From Candidatus Hodarchaeota archaeon (GTDB lineage Archaea > Asgardarchaeota > Lokiarchaeia > Sigyniarchaeales > SOKP01), in assembly GCA_048886305.1 (NCBI GenBank), contig JBHLKV010000003.1:1-45108 (forward strand): 45,108 nt of DNA. Direction: 5' to 3'. Position numbers and translations under genes: made by a program. Under the pieces are notes generated by a model that did not search any database, was not told the DNA's origin, and saw only the letters and a list, made by a program, of their open reading frames with translations. Positions 8,558 to 18,293 of the stretch are shown piece after piece; within the stretch, counting starts at the first letter, position 1; every line of letters begins with the position of its first letter.

Positions 8558-9553
8558 TTGAATGTTTTTTCAATAGTAATTTTAAGTTTTTTCTATACAT
8601 ATAGTTTAATTTTATTTTACATAGCCTTTTTAGCAAAAAGTAAAGGAGAAAAAAAAGCATTCATTAATAATTTTGTAAATGCTTTAGTTTTGGTTATATC
8701 GCTTACCATTAATATGGAAATTCATTTTTTTCTAAACACACCTTACAATGAATTCATTGTTTTTCCTTTTGATCTTTTGATGATAAGTTTTATCGGAATA
8801 TTTTTTCCGATATTTTCTTTATTTATGTTTCGTGAGAAAAACAAAAATAAAAACAGGAAAGAAACTGACATTAAACCACATATACAATTACCTCTAAAAT
8901 ATGATATTTACAGAAAGTTAACCCATCTAGTTGTTTTAGGAATAATTTTTTCTTATTTTACACTGGGTTTTAACATAAATGGAGATAAAATGTATTTTTC
9001 TCAAAATTTAGTTATTTTCTTGGTTGGAATCTCATTAATTGGATTATTAACTGCTGAATTTATTAGAATATTAAACCCTGAAATTTACCCTCTTAAACAG
9101 GTTAATCAAATATTACGAGAAAAGGAATTGCATATGAGATTCGGACCTCATATTTCTATGAGTATTGGGTGTTTTTCAATAATTCTTTTATTTGGGTTAA
9201 TTCAACCAATAGGGCCAGTTGTGATCTGTACCGCAATGACTATGGCAATTTTTGGAGATATAGCATCAAATTTAATTGGAAGATTGATAGGAAAAACTAA
9301 TATTCGCAATACAAATAAAACATATGAAGGATTATTGGCGGGTATGGCAGTATCATTTACTTCAGGGATTATTATACTAATATTGTTAAGGAGCTTTTAT
9401 GATCCAAGCATTCTAGGCTTTTTTTTAATTCCTATATTAGGGGCATTGATTATCGGGGGAATTGACTATTTAGATTTTGAAATTGATGATAATTTGACCT
9501 TTAATTTTATTTTATCAACAGTTTTATTTTTTATTTCATTTTTTTTTTTATAA
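8558..9553 (+). CDS. polytopic membrane protein, polyprenol/dolichol kinase - cytidylyltransferase superfamily (tentative)
   Basis: About 8 hydrophobic segments. The C-terminal FGDIASNLIGRLIGK resembles the D-x-x-A-x-x-x-G-x-x-x-G motif of CTP-dependent dolichol/phytol kinases and CDP-diglyceride synthases. TTG start. Confidence 0.45.
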   Translation: MNVFSIVILSFFYTYSLILFYIAFLAKSKGEKKAFINNFVNALVLVISLTINMEIHFFLNTPYNEFIVFPFDLLMISFIGIFFPIFSLFMFREKNKNKNRKETDIKPHIQLPLKYDIYRKLTHLVVLGIIFSYFTLGFNINGDKMYFSQNLVIFLVGISLIGLLTAEFIRILNPEIYPLKQVNQILREKELHMRFGPHISMSIGCFSIILLFGLIQPIGPVVICTAMTMAIFGDIASNLIGRLIGKTNIRNTNKTYEGLLAGMAVSFTSGIIILILLRSFYDPSILGFFLIPILGALIIGGIDYLDFEIDDNLTFNFILSTVLFFISFFFL

Positions 9554-9611
9554 GAGAAATTTAAGTTAATAAGAATTTACCATAAGTTTTTCAATAAGAA
9601 TATTTTAACTG

Positions 9612-10124
9612 ATGAAAATGTTAGAAGAAAAATTAAAAATTGACAAAATCTCTAAAGGAACAGTAATTGATCATATTGATGCTGGTTATGCTCTAACTAT
9701 ACTTAATCTTACCGGATTAGATGAATCTAAGAATTTAATGACTATAGGTGTCAATGTGTCTTCTAAAAAATTCCAAACAAAAGATATTATTAAAATTGAA
9801 AATGTATTTCTAAATGAAACTCAAATGCAACAAATTTCAATTCTCTCACCGAATGCAACCATTTCATTAATAGAAAATTATAAGGTAATTGAGAAGAAAA
9901 AAGTTAAAATCCCAAAAACAATTAAAAAATTAATTCTATGCGTAAATCAAACATGCATTTCCAATTCAGAAAAAGAGCCAATTTCAACCCAGTTCGCAGT
10001 CCTTGAAGAAAAACCATTAAAAATTCAATGTGTTTATTGTGAACGAATCTATAAATTAGAAGAAATTATATTTGCCTCTAAAGAAAGAAAAGAAAAGAAA
10101 GTTAAACAAAGAATTCAATTGTAA
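9612..10124 (+). CDS. pyrI: aspartate carbamoyltransferase regulatory subunit
   Basis: Colinear with E. coli PyrI as I recall it: KISKGTVIDHI, TIGVNV, KDIIKIENVFL. The zinc domain is CVNQTC (C-x4-C) ... CVYC (C-x2-C). Confidence 0.85.
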   Translation: MKMLEEKLKIDKISKGTVIDHIDAGYALTILNLTGLDESKNLMTIGVNVSSKKFQTKDIIKIENVFLNETQMQQISILSPNATISLIENYKVIEKKKVKIPKTIKKLILCVNQTCISNSEKEPISTQFAVLEEKPLKIQCVYCERIYKLEEIIFASKERKEKKVKQRIQL

Positions 10125-10140
10125 TAATCTCTAAATATAC

Positions 10141-10581
10141 TTATAAAAATAACTCAAGGACTGATGAAAAATCAGGAATAAACTTAAGCGTTGTATGAAG
10201 AACTACCCCAACTATCATAAATAAAAAGAAGAATATACCTATTCCTGGCATTAGAATATTTTTCCAAGTCCATTCTTCCTTATCGTACTCATATTTTAAT
10301 ATAATAAAGCTAACAATAAAAGGAAATAACAGCCACCAAAATAACATCCATAAGAATAGAAACCACCCTATGAATCCAAATAATAGTCTTCCTATAAACG
10401 CACTTAAAGCTCCTGTTGCTGCTCTTATCCAATATAATTTAGTTTCCTTTTCAAGTCGAAGATCAAAAGGTTTTGTTGTTGTTTTCTTGGGAATAATATC
10501 TTCTTTATCTAATTCTTTTTTTTTCTCTTTTATTAGTTTCTTCCGTCTCTTTCTAATATCGACTTTTTTATGTTTAGCCAT
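10141..10581 (-). CDS. membrane protein with a highly basic N-terminus and 3 hydrophobic helices (uncharacterised)
   Basis: I place the start at ATG 10581 (MAKHKKVDIRKRRKK...). The upstream 19 codons of the track ORF are I/F/N low complexity. Trp/Phe-rich TM segments (FIGWFLFLWMLFWWLLFPFIV). Confidence 0.5.
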   Translation of the reverse strand: MAKHKKVDIRKRRKKLIKEKKKELDKEDIIPKKTTTKPFDLRLEKETKLYWIRAATGALSAFIGRLLFGFIGWFLFLWMLFWWLLFPFIVSFIILKYEYDKEEWTWKNILMPGIGIFFFLFMIVGVVLHTTLKFIPDFSSVLELFL

Positions 10582-10653
10582 GTTATTAATATAAATAATT
10601 ATTATTATAAAAATCATTTTATATATAATGATAAACAAAAGTACAGACAGAAA

Positions 10654-12717
10654 ATGATTAGAACCATAAATAAATTTTCTAATTTTGATGTATACGCTAT
10701 TGTTAAAGAATTAGATTTAATTTTATCAAATGGTTTGATTTCTAATGTCTATGAAGTTGAAGATTTATTGGTAGTAAAAATAAATACTTCACAAGGGAAG
10801 AAAAATTTAATTGTTAAAGAGGATTCTCGCATTAATTTAACTGAATATGATTATCCGGTTCCTAAATATCCAAGTCAGTACATTATGTCCTTAAGAAAAT
10901 TCTTAAAAAATAAACGAATTTTAAGAGTTTCTCAACATAACTTTGACAGGATAGTTATTATTGAGTTAGACAATAGTGAAAAAGAACCTTGGAAGTTTAT
11001 TATTGAACTCTTTAATAAAGGTAATTTTTTGTTGGTAAATGAGAATAACATTGTAAAAATTGCTAAAAAATACAAAAGATTTAAGGATCGTGATGTTTTA
11101 GCTAATAAAGAATATATCTTCCCAAAATCGCGAGGGATTGACTTTTTAAACATAAGTAAAGATACTTTTAAAGAACTATTGAAATTAGATACAGAAGTGG
11201 AGTTAGTAAGATATTTAGCAAGAAATATAAATATTGCCGGTTTTTACAGTGAAGAAATATGTTATAGAGCAGAAATAGATAAAACAGTAGTTGGTGCGGA
11301 TTTATCTGATGGTGATGTAGAAAAATTATATAGCTCCTTTAAAAAGCTAAGAAATGAACTACTTTTCGGGAAGATCGAAAGTAAAATTATTTATGATAGT
11401 AATGGGAATGAGATTTTTGTTGTTCCTTTTGAATTAAAATTGTTTAAAGATTATAAACAAAAAAATTTCGAATCTTTTAACACTGCTGTTGATGAGTTTT
11501 TCTCAAAATTAGATTCAGAAAAATTGATAATCCCCAAAAATCAAAAAGTTGTAAATCAAATTAAATCTCATGAAAAAATCTTAAAAAATCAACAAGAATA
11601 TTTAGAAGAGCTTAAGAATAAAAAGCAAAGATATTATACTTACGGAGATTACATTTATTCCAATTTTAATAGATTAGATAAATTATTTGCCATAATCCTG
11701 AATGCAAGAAAGAAAGGCTATGGTTGGGAAGATATTAATAATGAGCTACAAAAAGCTAAGATGAAAAATTTAGAAGACATCGATATTTTCGAGAAAATAA
11801 TACCCTCGACTAAACAAGTGCTAATTAAAATCAATAACGATGTAGTTTATTTAGATTTAACGAAAAGTATTGGTGAAAACGCTAATTCAATCTATTCTAA
11901 AGGAAAAAAAGCAGAAAAAAAGATAAAAGGGACTATAAAAGCTATTGAAAAAACTACAACAGATATTGAAAAATTGAAACTCGAGAAAGAATCGATGGAA
12001 TCTGAAGTTGAATTCTTAATAAAAAAGCCAAAAAAAAAATGGTATGAAAAATTCAGATGGTTCTTTTCAACTGATGGGTTTCTTGTAATTGGAGGAAGAG
12101 ATGCATCATCTAATGAAAGTATATTCAGAAAATATATCGATCCAAATGATCTCATTTTTCATACAAATTTCCCTGGATCCCCTTTAACTGTTATTAAAAA
12201 TCCTGAAAATACGAAAATTCCTGAAACAACTATTAGTGAGGCAGCGAATTTTGTAGCAAGCTATTCACGTGCGTGGAAAGAAAATTGGGGTATGGCTGAT
12301 GTTTTCTATGTGAACCCATCACAAATTTCAAAAACTCCTCCTTCAGGTGAATTTTTAGCAAAGGGTTCTTTTATCATTTCTGGTAAAAAGAAATTTATTA
12401 AGAATGCAAAAACAGAACTCGCAATTGGATTAAATATTATAGAACTCAGTTCTGATACAGAAGATAAGGGTGAAATTTTTTATCCTAAATTAATCTGTGG
12501 ACCTCTATCAGCAATTCAATTACAAACAAATTACTATGCACTAATAATACCATCAAAATCAGGGGGTTTAACCAAAGGAAAATTAGCTCAAAAATTAAAA
12601 ACATACTTTATTAACCAAGTTGATATCAAACTAAAAAAATGGATAAAATTATTAACTGTTGATGATATATTACTTTTCTTACCAAGTGGGCTCTCAACAA
12701 TTAAATCAAGGTCATAA
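10654..12717 (+). CDS. NFACT-family protein (archaeal Rqc2/NEMF/FbpA homologue, ribosome quality control)
   Basis: NFACT-R/DUF814 signature WFFSTDGFLVIGGRDASSNESIFRKYIDPNDLIFHTNFPGSPLTVIK, with a long N-terminal NFACT-N plus coiled-coil region. The start is moved to ATG 10654 (MIRTINKF...) because the first 28 track codons are low complexity and overlap the divergent gene. Confidence 0.8.
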   Translation: MIRTINKFSNFDVYAIVKELDLILSNGLISNVYEVEDLLVVKINTSQGKKNLIVKEDSRINLTEYDYPVPKYPSQYIMSLRKFLKNKRILRVSQHNFDRIVIIELDNSEKEPWKFIIELFNKGNFLLVNENNIVKIAKKYKRFKDRDVLANKEYIFPKSRGIDFLNISKDTFKELLKLDTEVELVRYLARNINIAGFYSEEICYRAEIDKTVVGADLSDGDVEKLYSSFKKLRNELLFGKIESKIIYDSNGNEIFVVPFELKLFKDYKQKNFESFNTAVDEFFSKLDSEKLIIPKNQKVVNQIKSHEKILKNQQEYLEELKNKKQRYYTYGDYIYSNFNRLDKLFAIILNARKKGYGWEDINNELQKAKMKNLEDIDIFEKIIPSTKQVLIKINNDVVYLDLTKSIGENANSIYSKGKKAEKKIKGTIKAIEKTTTDIEKLKLEKESMESEVEFLIKKPKKKWYEKFRWFFSTDGFLVIGGRDASSNESIFRKYIDPNDLIFHTNFPGSPLTVIKNPENTKIPETTISEAANFVASYSRAWKENWGMADVFYVNPSQISKTPPSGEFLAKGSFIISGKKKFIKNAKTELAIGLNIIELSSDTEDKGEIFYPKLICGPLSAIQLQTNYYALIIPSKSGGLTKGKLAQKLKTYFINQVDIKLKKWIKLLTVDDILLFLPSGLSTIKSRS

Positions 12718-13458
12718 TTTCGATTTAACCCACTGTTTTATTTTGGAAATGTTTTTATAATTATCAAATAAGATACCATCAATCCCTATATTAATCAAGG
12801 ATTTTATGAGTTTTAATGGATTTTCACTTGCAATAAAATCCCAGGATAATGATAATATTTCATTGTCATGACAGATATCAATAAATTCAGATGAAACCAT
12901 ACTTGATCTTAAACTAATCATATCTGGCTTGAAAATTAACCTTTTTTGTACGCCTTGCTTTAAGAACTCATCTAACTTGAACTCTTGTGCTTTTGTAATA
13001 TTATAACATATTCTACATATGGGTAATTTTGCTTTTACTAGTTTTAAGATATGAATATCCCGCCCACTGATAATGTAATCTTCCATTAATTCATTTTCTT
13101 TAATTAATTTAATTATTTTATCATATAAATGTTCTTCTTTTAATTCAATCATGAATTGGATTTTTCCATTTAGCCGTTCTAAAACTTCAGACAACAATGG
13201 AATTTGCTTATGACTTTTTTTTGTTTTTATAGTCTTTAGTTCGTCATAGGTGTAGTTGTCTAATCGTCCTGTTCCATTAGTCGTTCTATCTAACGTAGAA
13301 TCATGTATAATAATTAATTGTCCATCTTTTGTTTTTCGTACATCTAATTCAATATAATTTGCTCCATATTCTATTGCTTTCTCAAACGCAATTATAGTAT
13401 TTTCATCAAAATCTGTTCTTGTTCCTCTATGACCAATAAATAAGAATTCAGATTTCAT
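12712..13458 (-). CDS. glycerophosphodiester phosphodiesterase (GDPD family)
   Basis: FIGHRGTR ... ENTIIAFEKAIEYGANYIELDVRKTKDGQLIIIHDSTLDRTTNGTG is the GDPD catalytic N-terminus. The 3' end overlaps the convergent NFACT gene by 6 nt. Confidence 0.85.
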   Translation of the reverse strand: MKSEFLFIGHRGTRTDFDENTIIAFEKAIEYGANYIELDVRKTKDGQLIIIHDSTLDRTTNGTGRLDNYTYDELKTIKTKKSHKQIPLLSEVLERLNGKIQFMIELKEEHLYDKIIKLIKENELMEDYIISGRDIHILKLVKAKLPICRICYNITKAQEFKLDEFLKQGVQKRLIFKPDMISLRSSMVSSEFIDICHDNEILSLSWDFIASENPLKLIKSLINIGIDGILFDNYKNISKIKQWVKSKL

Positions 13459-13482
13459 TATTATAAGAATATCTTAATTCTT

Positions 13483-13890
13483 TTAAAACTCTTGGATTAA
13501 ATACAAATAAATTAAAATGATAATAATTCCAATAACAGAAAATATAAAAACCCAGAGATTTAGAATAGACTGACCCAAAGATAAAATTATTAAAAATAAA
13601 AATTCTTTCCAACTTATAGGTTTCCCAACTATTTCTTTATAATTTCCTATACTAATCATCATAAAGAAGAAAAATAATAAGATAACACTAGTTTTGATAA
13701 ATATATCTATTATATCAAAAAGTACATTTTTATCCATAAAGACAGTAATGATCTCAATATTAAAGAAAATTGATATAGTCAAAAATATACCTCCAAAAAT
13801 AACTGAAATAATCACAGATCTATATGCGAATTTCTCGTTAAAAGCTTGTTTAACTTTCGAATTTGCCTTTTTATTCGGGGATTTTGACAT
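13483..13890 (-). CDS. small integral membrane protein (uncharacterised)
   Basis: 135-aa ORF with an ATG start 1 nt after the stop of the upstream gene. About 4 hydrophobic helices. It lies mid-operon between the secreted protein and GDPD. Confidence 0.5.
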   Translation of the reverse strand: MSKSPNKKANSKVKQAFNEKFAYRSVIISVIFGGIFLTISIFFNIEIITVFMDKNVLFDIIDIFIKTSVILLFFFFMMISIGNYKEIVGKPISWKEFLFLIILSLGQSILNLWVFIFSVIGIIIILIYLYLIQEF

Positions 13891-13891
13891 T

Positions 13892-14689
13892 TTATCGGCG
13901 ATACCTTTCCATAATTTCCTTTAGTTTTATAATTCTATAAATATAAAATCCATATATTATTACAGCAAGACTGAAAATTAATATAGTAAGAATAAAAATT
14001 GTGAGTTTTAAAAAGGGTAACTCACTTTTAGGAGGATGTTGGATATTAATCAAAAAAATACTGCTTTTCTTGATTCCTTGAGGATAGCTAGGAGTATCTC
14101 CATATGTTATATTAAAAGCGAAAGGCTCATCGTACTCCAAATAAACATCTTCATCAATTGTTACTTGAGGATTATTTATTGGAATAGAAAATTCATAGGT
14201 AGAAGTTTCACCTTCCAATTTCGCAGCTCCATTACCACTTGATGCAGAATCAGGAATAAAAACACTCTGATTTATAAAATAATCAAAATAGTTGAATTCA
14301 TCCTCTGTTATATTAGAAAATTGAACGATTTTTGCATCAATAAAATCTTCTCTATCTTCAGAAGAACTATTTGAAATTAGAATACCCACAAATTCAGTAG
14401 GGCTATGAATCCCCACAATTAAATCAAATTGTACTGAAATATATAATCTTGAACTACTTTGCATTACCCATAAATTAATTGGCAAATCAGTTAAGTTTGT
14501 TTGAATTTTGTATGCTTCATCCCATTCGTTGGCAAATGAACCAATCTCCCCATCAATAGTAGGAGCTTTGCCAAAATTAGGATCAATCTCTTCTAAAGCA
14601 CCATGAGACGGTACTGTGAAAAGGATTGAAATGAAAATTGTGTTAAAAATAATTAAAGATAATAGAATTTTAAGGTTTAGTTTCCTCAA
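13892..14689 (-). CDS. secreted, C-terminally membrane-anchored protein with a DOMON/CBM9-like domain (tentative)
   Basis: N-terminal signal-like LKILLSLIIFNTIFISILFTVPSHGA and C-terminal TM LTIFILTILIFSLAVIIYGFYIY. GKAPTIDGEIGSFANEWDEA resembles the P-x-IDG...W opening of DOMON/CBM9-type domains. TTG start. Confidence 0.4.
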   Translation of the reverse strand: MRKLNLKILLSLIIFNTIFISILFTVPSHGALEEIDPNFGKAPTIDGEIGSFANEWDEAYKIQTNLTDLPINLWVMQSSSRLYISVQFDLIVGIHSPTEFVGILISNSSSEDREDFIDAKIVQFSNITEDEFNYFDYFINQSVFIPDSASSGNGAAKLEGETSTYEFSIPINNPQVTIDEDVYLEYDEPFAFNITYGDTPSYPQGIKKSSIFLINIQHPPKSELPFLKLTIFILTILIFSLAVIIYGFYIYRIIKLKEIMERYRR

Positions 14690-14853
14690 GATATTATTGC
14701 CACGTAATTATAATTTAAATCATCATCCATTTAATTAAATATTAAAATTGAAAATTTAATTTAATACTTTTTCTTTGTTTTCTTCAAAAAAAAAATATTG
14801 AGTCAAAAGAATGTCTTTTACTAGATTTTAAAAAAAATTTTAAGAATTTAAGT

Positions 14854-15303
14854 CTAAATTAAATGATTTGGAAGTAGGATTATACATTTGAACTTCTTTA
14901 AGTACGTCACAATATAGTTTATTAAGCGTTTTATTTCACGTCTAGCTTCTGATGTGTTATTACTATTATAATTAGCAAATGACTCAGGTCCAATGGCAAC
15001 TAGAATCCCAGATAAATCTTTTTCTCTTTTTATAAAGAGCCAAAACGGTTTTTTCTTCTCATTTTCTTTAACCATAAGAAGCATCCATGGATTATATGTC
15101 CAATCATCATTATTGGGACCTATAACTTTCTCTATTGCTCTTCCAGTAAAATAATTTCTAGTTATTTTAATTGTTTTAGCAAGAGTATTAAAATAGCTTC
15201 TTTTTATTTTTAAGTATCCACCAAAGTAGGTTTTGGCATCAAACAATTCGATATCTTTATTTGTCTCATCAGAAAATTTTAATAAAACTTTCCATTGATT
15301 CAT
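14854..15303 (-). CDS. hypothetical protein (149 aa)
   Basis: ATG start 2 nt after the upstream stop. Last gene of the rnp3-rnp2 operon. No family recognised. Confidence 0.45.
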   Translation of the reverse strand: MNQWKVLLKFSDETNKDIELFDAKTYFGGYLKIKRSYFNTLAKTIKITRNYFTGRAIEKVIGPNNDDWTYNPWMLLMVKENEKKKPFWLFIKREKDLSGILVAIGPESFANYNSNNTSEARREIKRLINYIVTYLKKFKCIILLPNHLI

Positions 15304-15305
15304 AA

Positions 15306-15746
15306 TTAAGGTTTATTGGTTGTTTTTAAACTAATTTCTTGTAACTTTATTTCTTTAAATACATTTTTAATTTTATCTAAAGCTGTTTTTAAATCTTCAC
15401 TTTTATTTTCAGAAAAATTTATGTTTAAATAACACTCATATAATAGTTTTCCTTCTTTTAATAAAAACCCGGATGTATGAATAATTTGGAAATTTTGAAG
15501 AATTTTTGTTAGAGTTTCAAAAATCTCATTAGGTATATTTAAACCTCTTAAATTTAATTTTATAATTTTCTCCTTATTTATAGGATAGATTGTTAATTTC
15601 ATAGAATTTTCAAATTTTGATTGAATTACCAATAGAAAGGGGAAATCATCACTATTTTTAATATCATCTAAAGGTAATTTAATAAAAACTTCTGGGCTCT
15701 CTTTTATCTGCTTGATATAGGCAGTAGTTAAATTATTCTCATTCAT
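15306..15746 (-). CDS. hypothetical protein (146 aa), C-terminal half with an ACT-like beta-alpha-beta-beta-alpha-beta pattern
   Basis: ATG start 24 nt downstream of Pop5. IPNEIFETLTKILQNFQIIHTSGFLLKEGKLLYECYLNINF...DLKTALDKIKNVF suggests a small ligand-binding fold. Pattern-based only. Confidence 0.4.
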   Translation of the reverse strand: MNENNLTTAYIKQIKESPEVFIKLPLDDIKNSDDFPFLLVIQSKFENSMKLTIYPINKEKIIKLNLRGLNIPNEIFETLTKILQNFQIIHTSGFLLKEGKLLYECYLNINFSENKSEDLKTALDKIKNVFKEIKLQEISLKTTNKP

Positions 15747-15770
15747 AATTTTAATTTTACTAAAGTCTAC

Positions 15771-16118
15771 CTAAGTTTTTTTATTTTTATTCATTATTAA
15801 ATTTTTTATTCTAATTATTGACCTTATAGTTCCAGATGTTTTTAAAGGAGATAAAATTACCCTCTTTCCATTTATTTGCTGAATAAGGCTTAAAGCTGAA
15901 ATTATAATATATTTAGTTTGGTGAGAACATCTAATTATCCCATACTCTTTTTCGAAATTAAGATTAATTATCCATAATCCAATTTTATTAGCAATCTTCA
16001 TACCAAAATACCTCCAAATTGATTGCCAAATTGAATTTAAGACCTCTTTTTGTTCAAATCTTATATCTGGTTCTTTTATTATTTTGAATAGAATATATCT
16101 TTGTCTTTCTCTTGTCAC
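15771..16118 (-). CDS. rnp2: RNase P protein component 2 (Pop5/Rpp14 family)
   Basis: 115 aa, with N-terminal RERQRYILFKI typical of Pop5. The GTG start overlaps the TAG stop of the upstream gene (TAGTG), and an SD-like GGAGGAGAT lies 8 nt upstream. Confidence 0.7.
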   Translation of the reverse strand: MTRERQRYILFKIIKEPDIRFEQKEVLNSIWQSIWRYFGMKIANKIGLWIINLNFEKEYGIIRCSHQTKYIIISALSLIQQINGKRVILSPLKTSGTIRSIIRIKNLIMNKNKKT

Positions 16119-16846
16119 TAGTTCAAATCTCCTCCTTTAATTATTCGAACCCCCGATTCTATACTATTATTATTTTTTCTATTTTGGGCTTTTTCTAGTA
16201 ATAATTTTGGATTATCCATAAAAATCCTTTTAGCACTATTTAAAGGAATATCTAAGAGTGAATGACAAATACTTATAAGAGATCTAGGATGTCTCAAATC
16301 AAATAAATCATCAAAATTTCCACTAATAATAATATTTGCTTTCAACTTATATGCTAATTGTATAAATTTATACAAATATCTGAAATTTTTTGATTGAAGC
16401 GCCTTATTTCTTACCATAATCGTAGCTAAGGAAAATTCTATGAAAGAATTATTTTGTTTGGTTAATGAAATTACTCCCGAACTAAGCGTTTTTAGTATGT
16501 TTTCATCAGAAAAAGATACAATATCAACTCTAGAATCTCTTGCAGCATTAATTTGAATCTCCTTTTCTTTAGATTCAACAGAAAGAATATAAGGAAAGTT
16601 ATTATAGTTCTTTATAGCATTTTTAAACTCATTTATACTATTAGGGGTTAAGTTATATCGAAAGTAAATATTTAATTTCTTCTGATGAATTATTTTTTCT
16701 CTTAAATTAGAGGATATCGGTATAAAAGTATTTAAAGGTTCTAAAATTAGATTTCTAATGCCTAATTTCATGCAAAATTCCAATTTCTTTTCTATATCAT
16801 CAAAATCGTTGATATTTACTTTTAATCTAGATTCGAAATAAGGCAA
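16118..16846 (-). CDS. rnp3: RNase P protein component 3 (Rpp30/Rpp1 family)
   Basis: 242 aa. It sits directly upstream of, and is coupled to, Pop5, as in the conserved archaeal rnp3-rnp2 pair. The alternating strand/helix pattern fits a PHP/TIM-like fold. Motif-level recognition is weak. TTG start. Confidence 0.55.
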   Translation of the reverse strand: MPYFESRLKVNINDFDDIEKKLEFCMKLGIRNLILEPLNTFIPISSNLREKIIHQKKLNIYFRYNLTPNSINEFKNAIKNYNNFPYILSVESKEKEIQINAARDSRVDIVSFSDENILKTLSSGVISLTKQNNSFIEFSLATIMVRNKALQSKNFRYLYKFIQLAYKLKANIIISGNFDDLFDLRHPRSLISICHSLLDIPLNSAKRIFMDNPKLLLEKAQNRKNNNSIESGVRIIKGGDLN

Positions 16847-16973
16847 ATAAATAAAAAACCTCTAACATCCGTCAAGAAATTTATAAATTACTTTAAGATT
16901 TCTAATCATGAATATAATAAAAAAATTTTATTATAATTAAACATTAAAAATGCTATCTTTTTTAAAACTTTAA

Positions 16974-18272
16974 GTGTTTCTCTTGGTTAAAAAAAGGGAT
17001 CTCTCAGAAATCAAAAAAAAAATAAAAGATGGAACAGCAATTGTTATAACTGTGCAAGAGTTAATAGATCAAATAAGTGAAGGAGAAAAAGTAGAATTTG
17101 AAGATGTAGATGTTATAACAACAGCTACAAAAGGTCTTATGAGCGGAATTATGGGTGTTTTTTCTTTCAGGCTTTCACCTCCAAAAACGTTAAGAAAATT
17201 TACTGAAGTTTCCATAAACGGAATTCCAGCTTATCCGGGTCCGTGCCCAAATGAATATTTAGGAATTGTTGATTTAATTGTATATGGAACAGCACAAAGT
17301 AAAAATCAGGAAAATTATTGTGGAGGTTCTCTTTTTAGAGAATTAGTTGAAGGAAAAACTTTTGAAATTGCTGCAAAGAGTAGTGAAGGAGAAGAGATTA
17401 AAAAAGAAATGACCTTAGAGAGTATGCAATTCGCAAAATTAATAGGAACACGACAAGCTATAAAAAATTATAATGCAATGATTAATTGCGAAACGTATAA
17501 AGTGGATACTATCTTTTCTTGCCAACCATTTGAGCCAGATAAGACTCAAATTACATTTTCTGGATGTGGTGCTCTAAATCCTTTCCAAAATGACCCTAAT
17601 TTTGAGATATTTGGTGTTGGGTCTCCAATTTTAGTAAATGGGAGCATTGGATATTTAATGGGTCCGGGAACTCGGAATTATATCCAAAAACCAAACATGA
17701 TGACTATAGCCCCGTTGTTAGGGATGCGTCCAGAATATATGGGAGCATTTAAAACTTCTTACGGATTAGAACCGATTTGTAGTATCGCAGCTCCCATTCC
17801 AATTTTAAATGAACAAATATTCAATTCCATTGTTAAATCAGATAAAGACGTACAATTAACAATATTAAGCCTTGTAGGCAGAGAAAAAGTAGGTGAAATT
17901 ACTTATGGTGATGTGTGGGATAATAATTTTGTGATGAAATTCAATTCTAGCGCATGCAAGAAATGTGATAAATGTAAAATCTTAGATATTTGCCCAACAA
18001 ATGCTTTTATAATAGAAAAAGAGATTATCTCTGATATAGATAGAACACGCTGTTATAATTGTGGAACATGTGTACGATTATGTCCAGAAGCATTTAAACT
18101 AGATTTAAAGACTATTGAATTTGAGGGAAAAGAAACTCCCATCGTTTTAAGGCAATCTGATAGAAATGGAGCTATAAAACTTGCAGAACAATTAAAAACA
18201 ATGATTCTTAAAGGAAAATTTCCTTTAAAAAACCCAACAGGTGAATTAGATTTCGCTGAAAGTGTAAAATAA
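16974..18272 (+). CDS. COG1900/DUF39 sulfur-incorporation protein fused to a 2x[4Fe-4S] ferredoxin domain (homocysteine-biosynthesis / MJ1681-like)
   Basis: The N-terminal IKDGTAIVITVQEL...DVDVITTATKGLMSG resembles COG1900 proteins. C-terminal clusters are CKKCDKCKILDICP and CYNCGTCVRLCP. GTG start. Confidence 0.65.
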   Translation: MFLLVKKRDLSEIKKKIKDGTAIVITVQELIDQISEGEKVEFEDVDVITTATKGLMSGIMGVFSFRLSPPKTLRKFTEVSINGIPAYPGPCPNEYLGIVDLIVYGTAQSKNQENYCGGSLFRELVEGKTFEIAAKSSEGEEIKKEMTLESMQFAKLIGTRQAIKNYNAMINCETYKVDTIFSCQPFEPDKTQITFSGCGALNPFQNDPNFEIFGVGSPILVNGSIGYLMGPGTRNYIQKPNMMTIAPLLGMRPEYMGAFKTSYGLEPICSIAAPIPILNEQIFNSIVKSDKDVQLTILSLVGREKVGEITYGDVWDNNFVMKFNSSACKKCDKCKILDICPTNAFIIEKEIISDIDRTRCYNCGTCVRLCPEAFKLDLKTIEFEGKETPIVLRQSDRNGAIKLAEQLKTMILKGKFPLKNPTGELDFAESVK

Positions 18273-18293
18273 AAATAAGTTTGAGATCGAAAT

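Noticed and set aside
10570-10653. N-terminal 28 codons of the track ORF for the NFACT gene (MFSHVININNYYYKNHFIYNDKQKYRQK)
   Set aside because: This is low-complexity N/Y/I sequence that overlaps the start of the divergent membrane-protein gene. The NFACT N-domain begins naturally at ATG 10654.
14720-14726. ATGATGA (minus strand) upstream of the secreted-protein gene, considered as a C box of a second C/D sRNA
   Set aside because: No CTGA D box, C'/D' boxes or terminal stem occur at a suitable distance, and the sequence runs straight into the TTG start at 14689.
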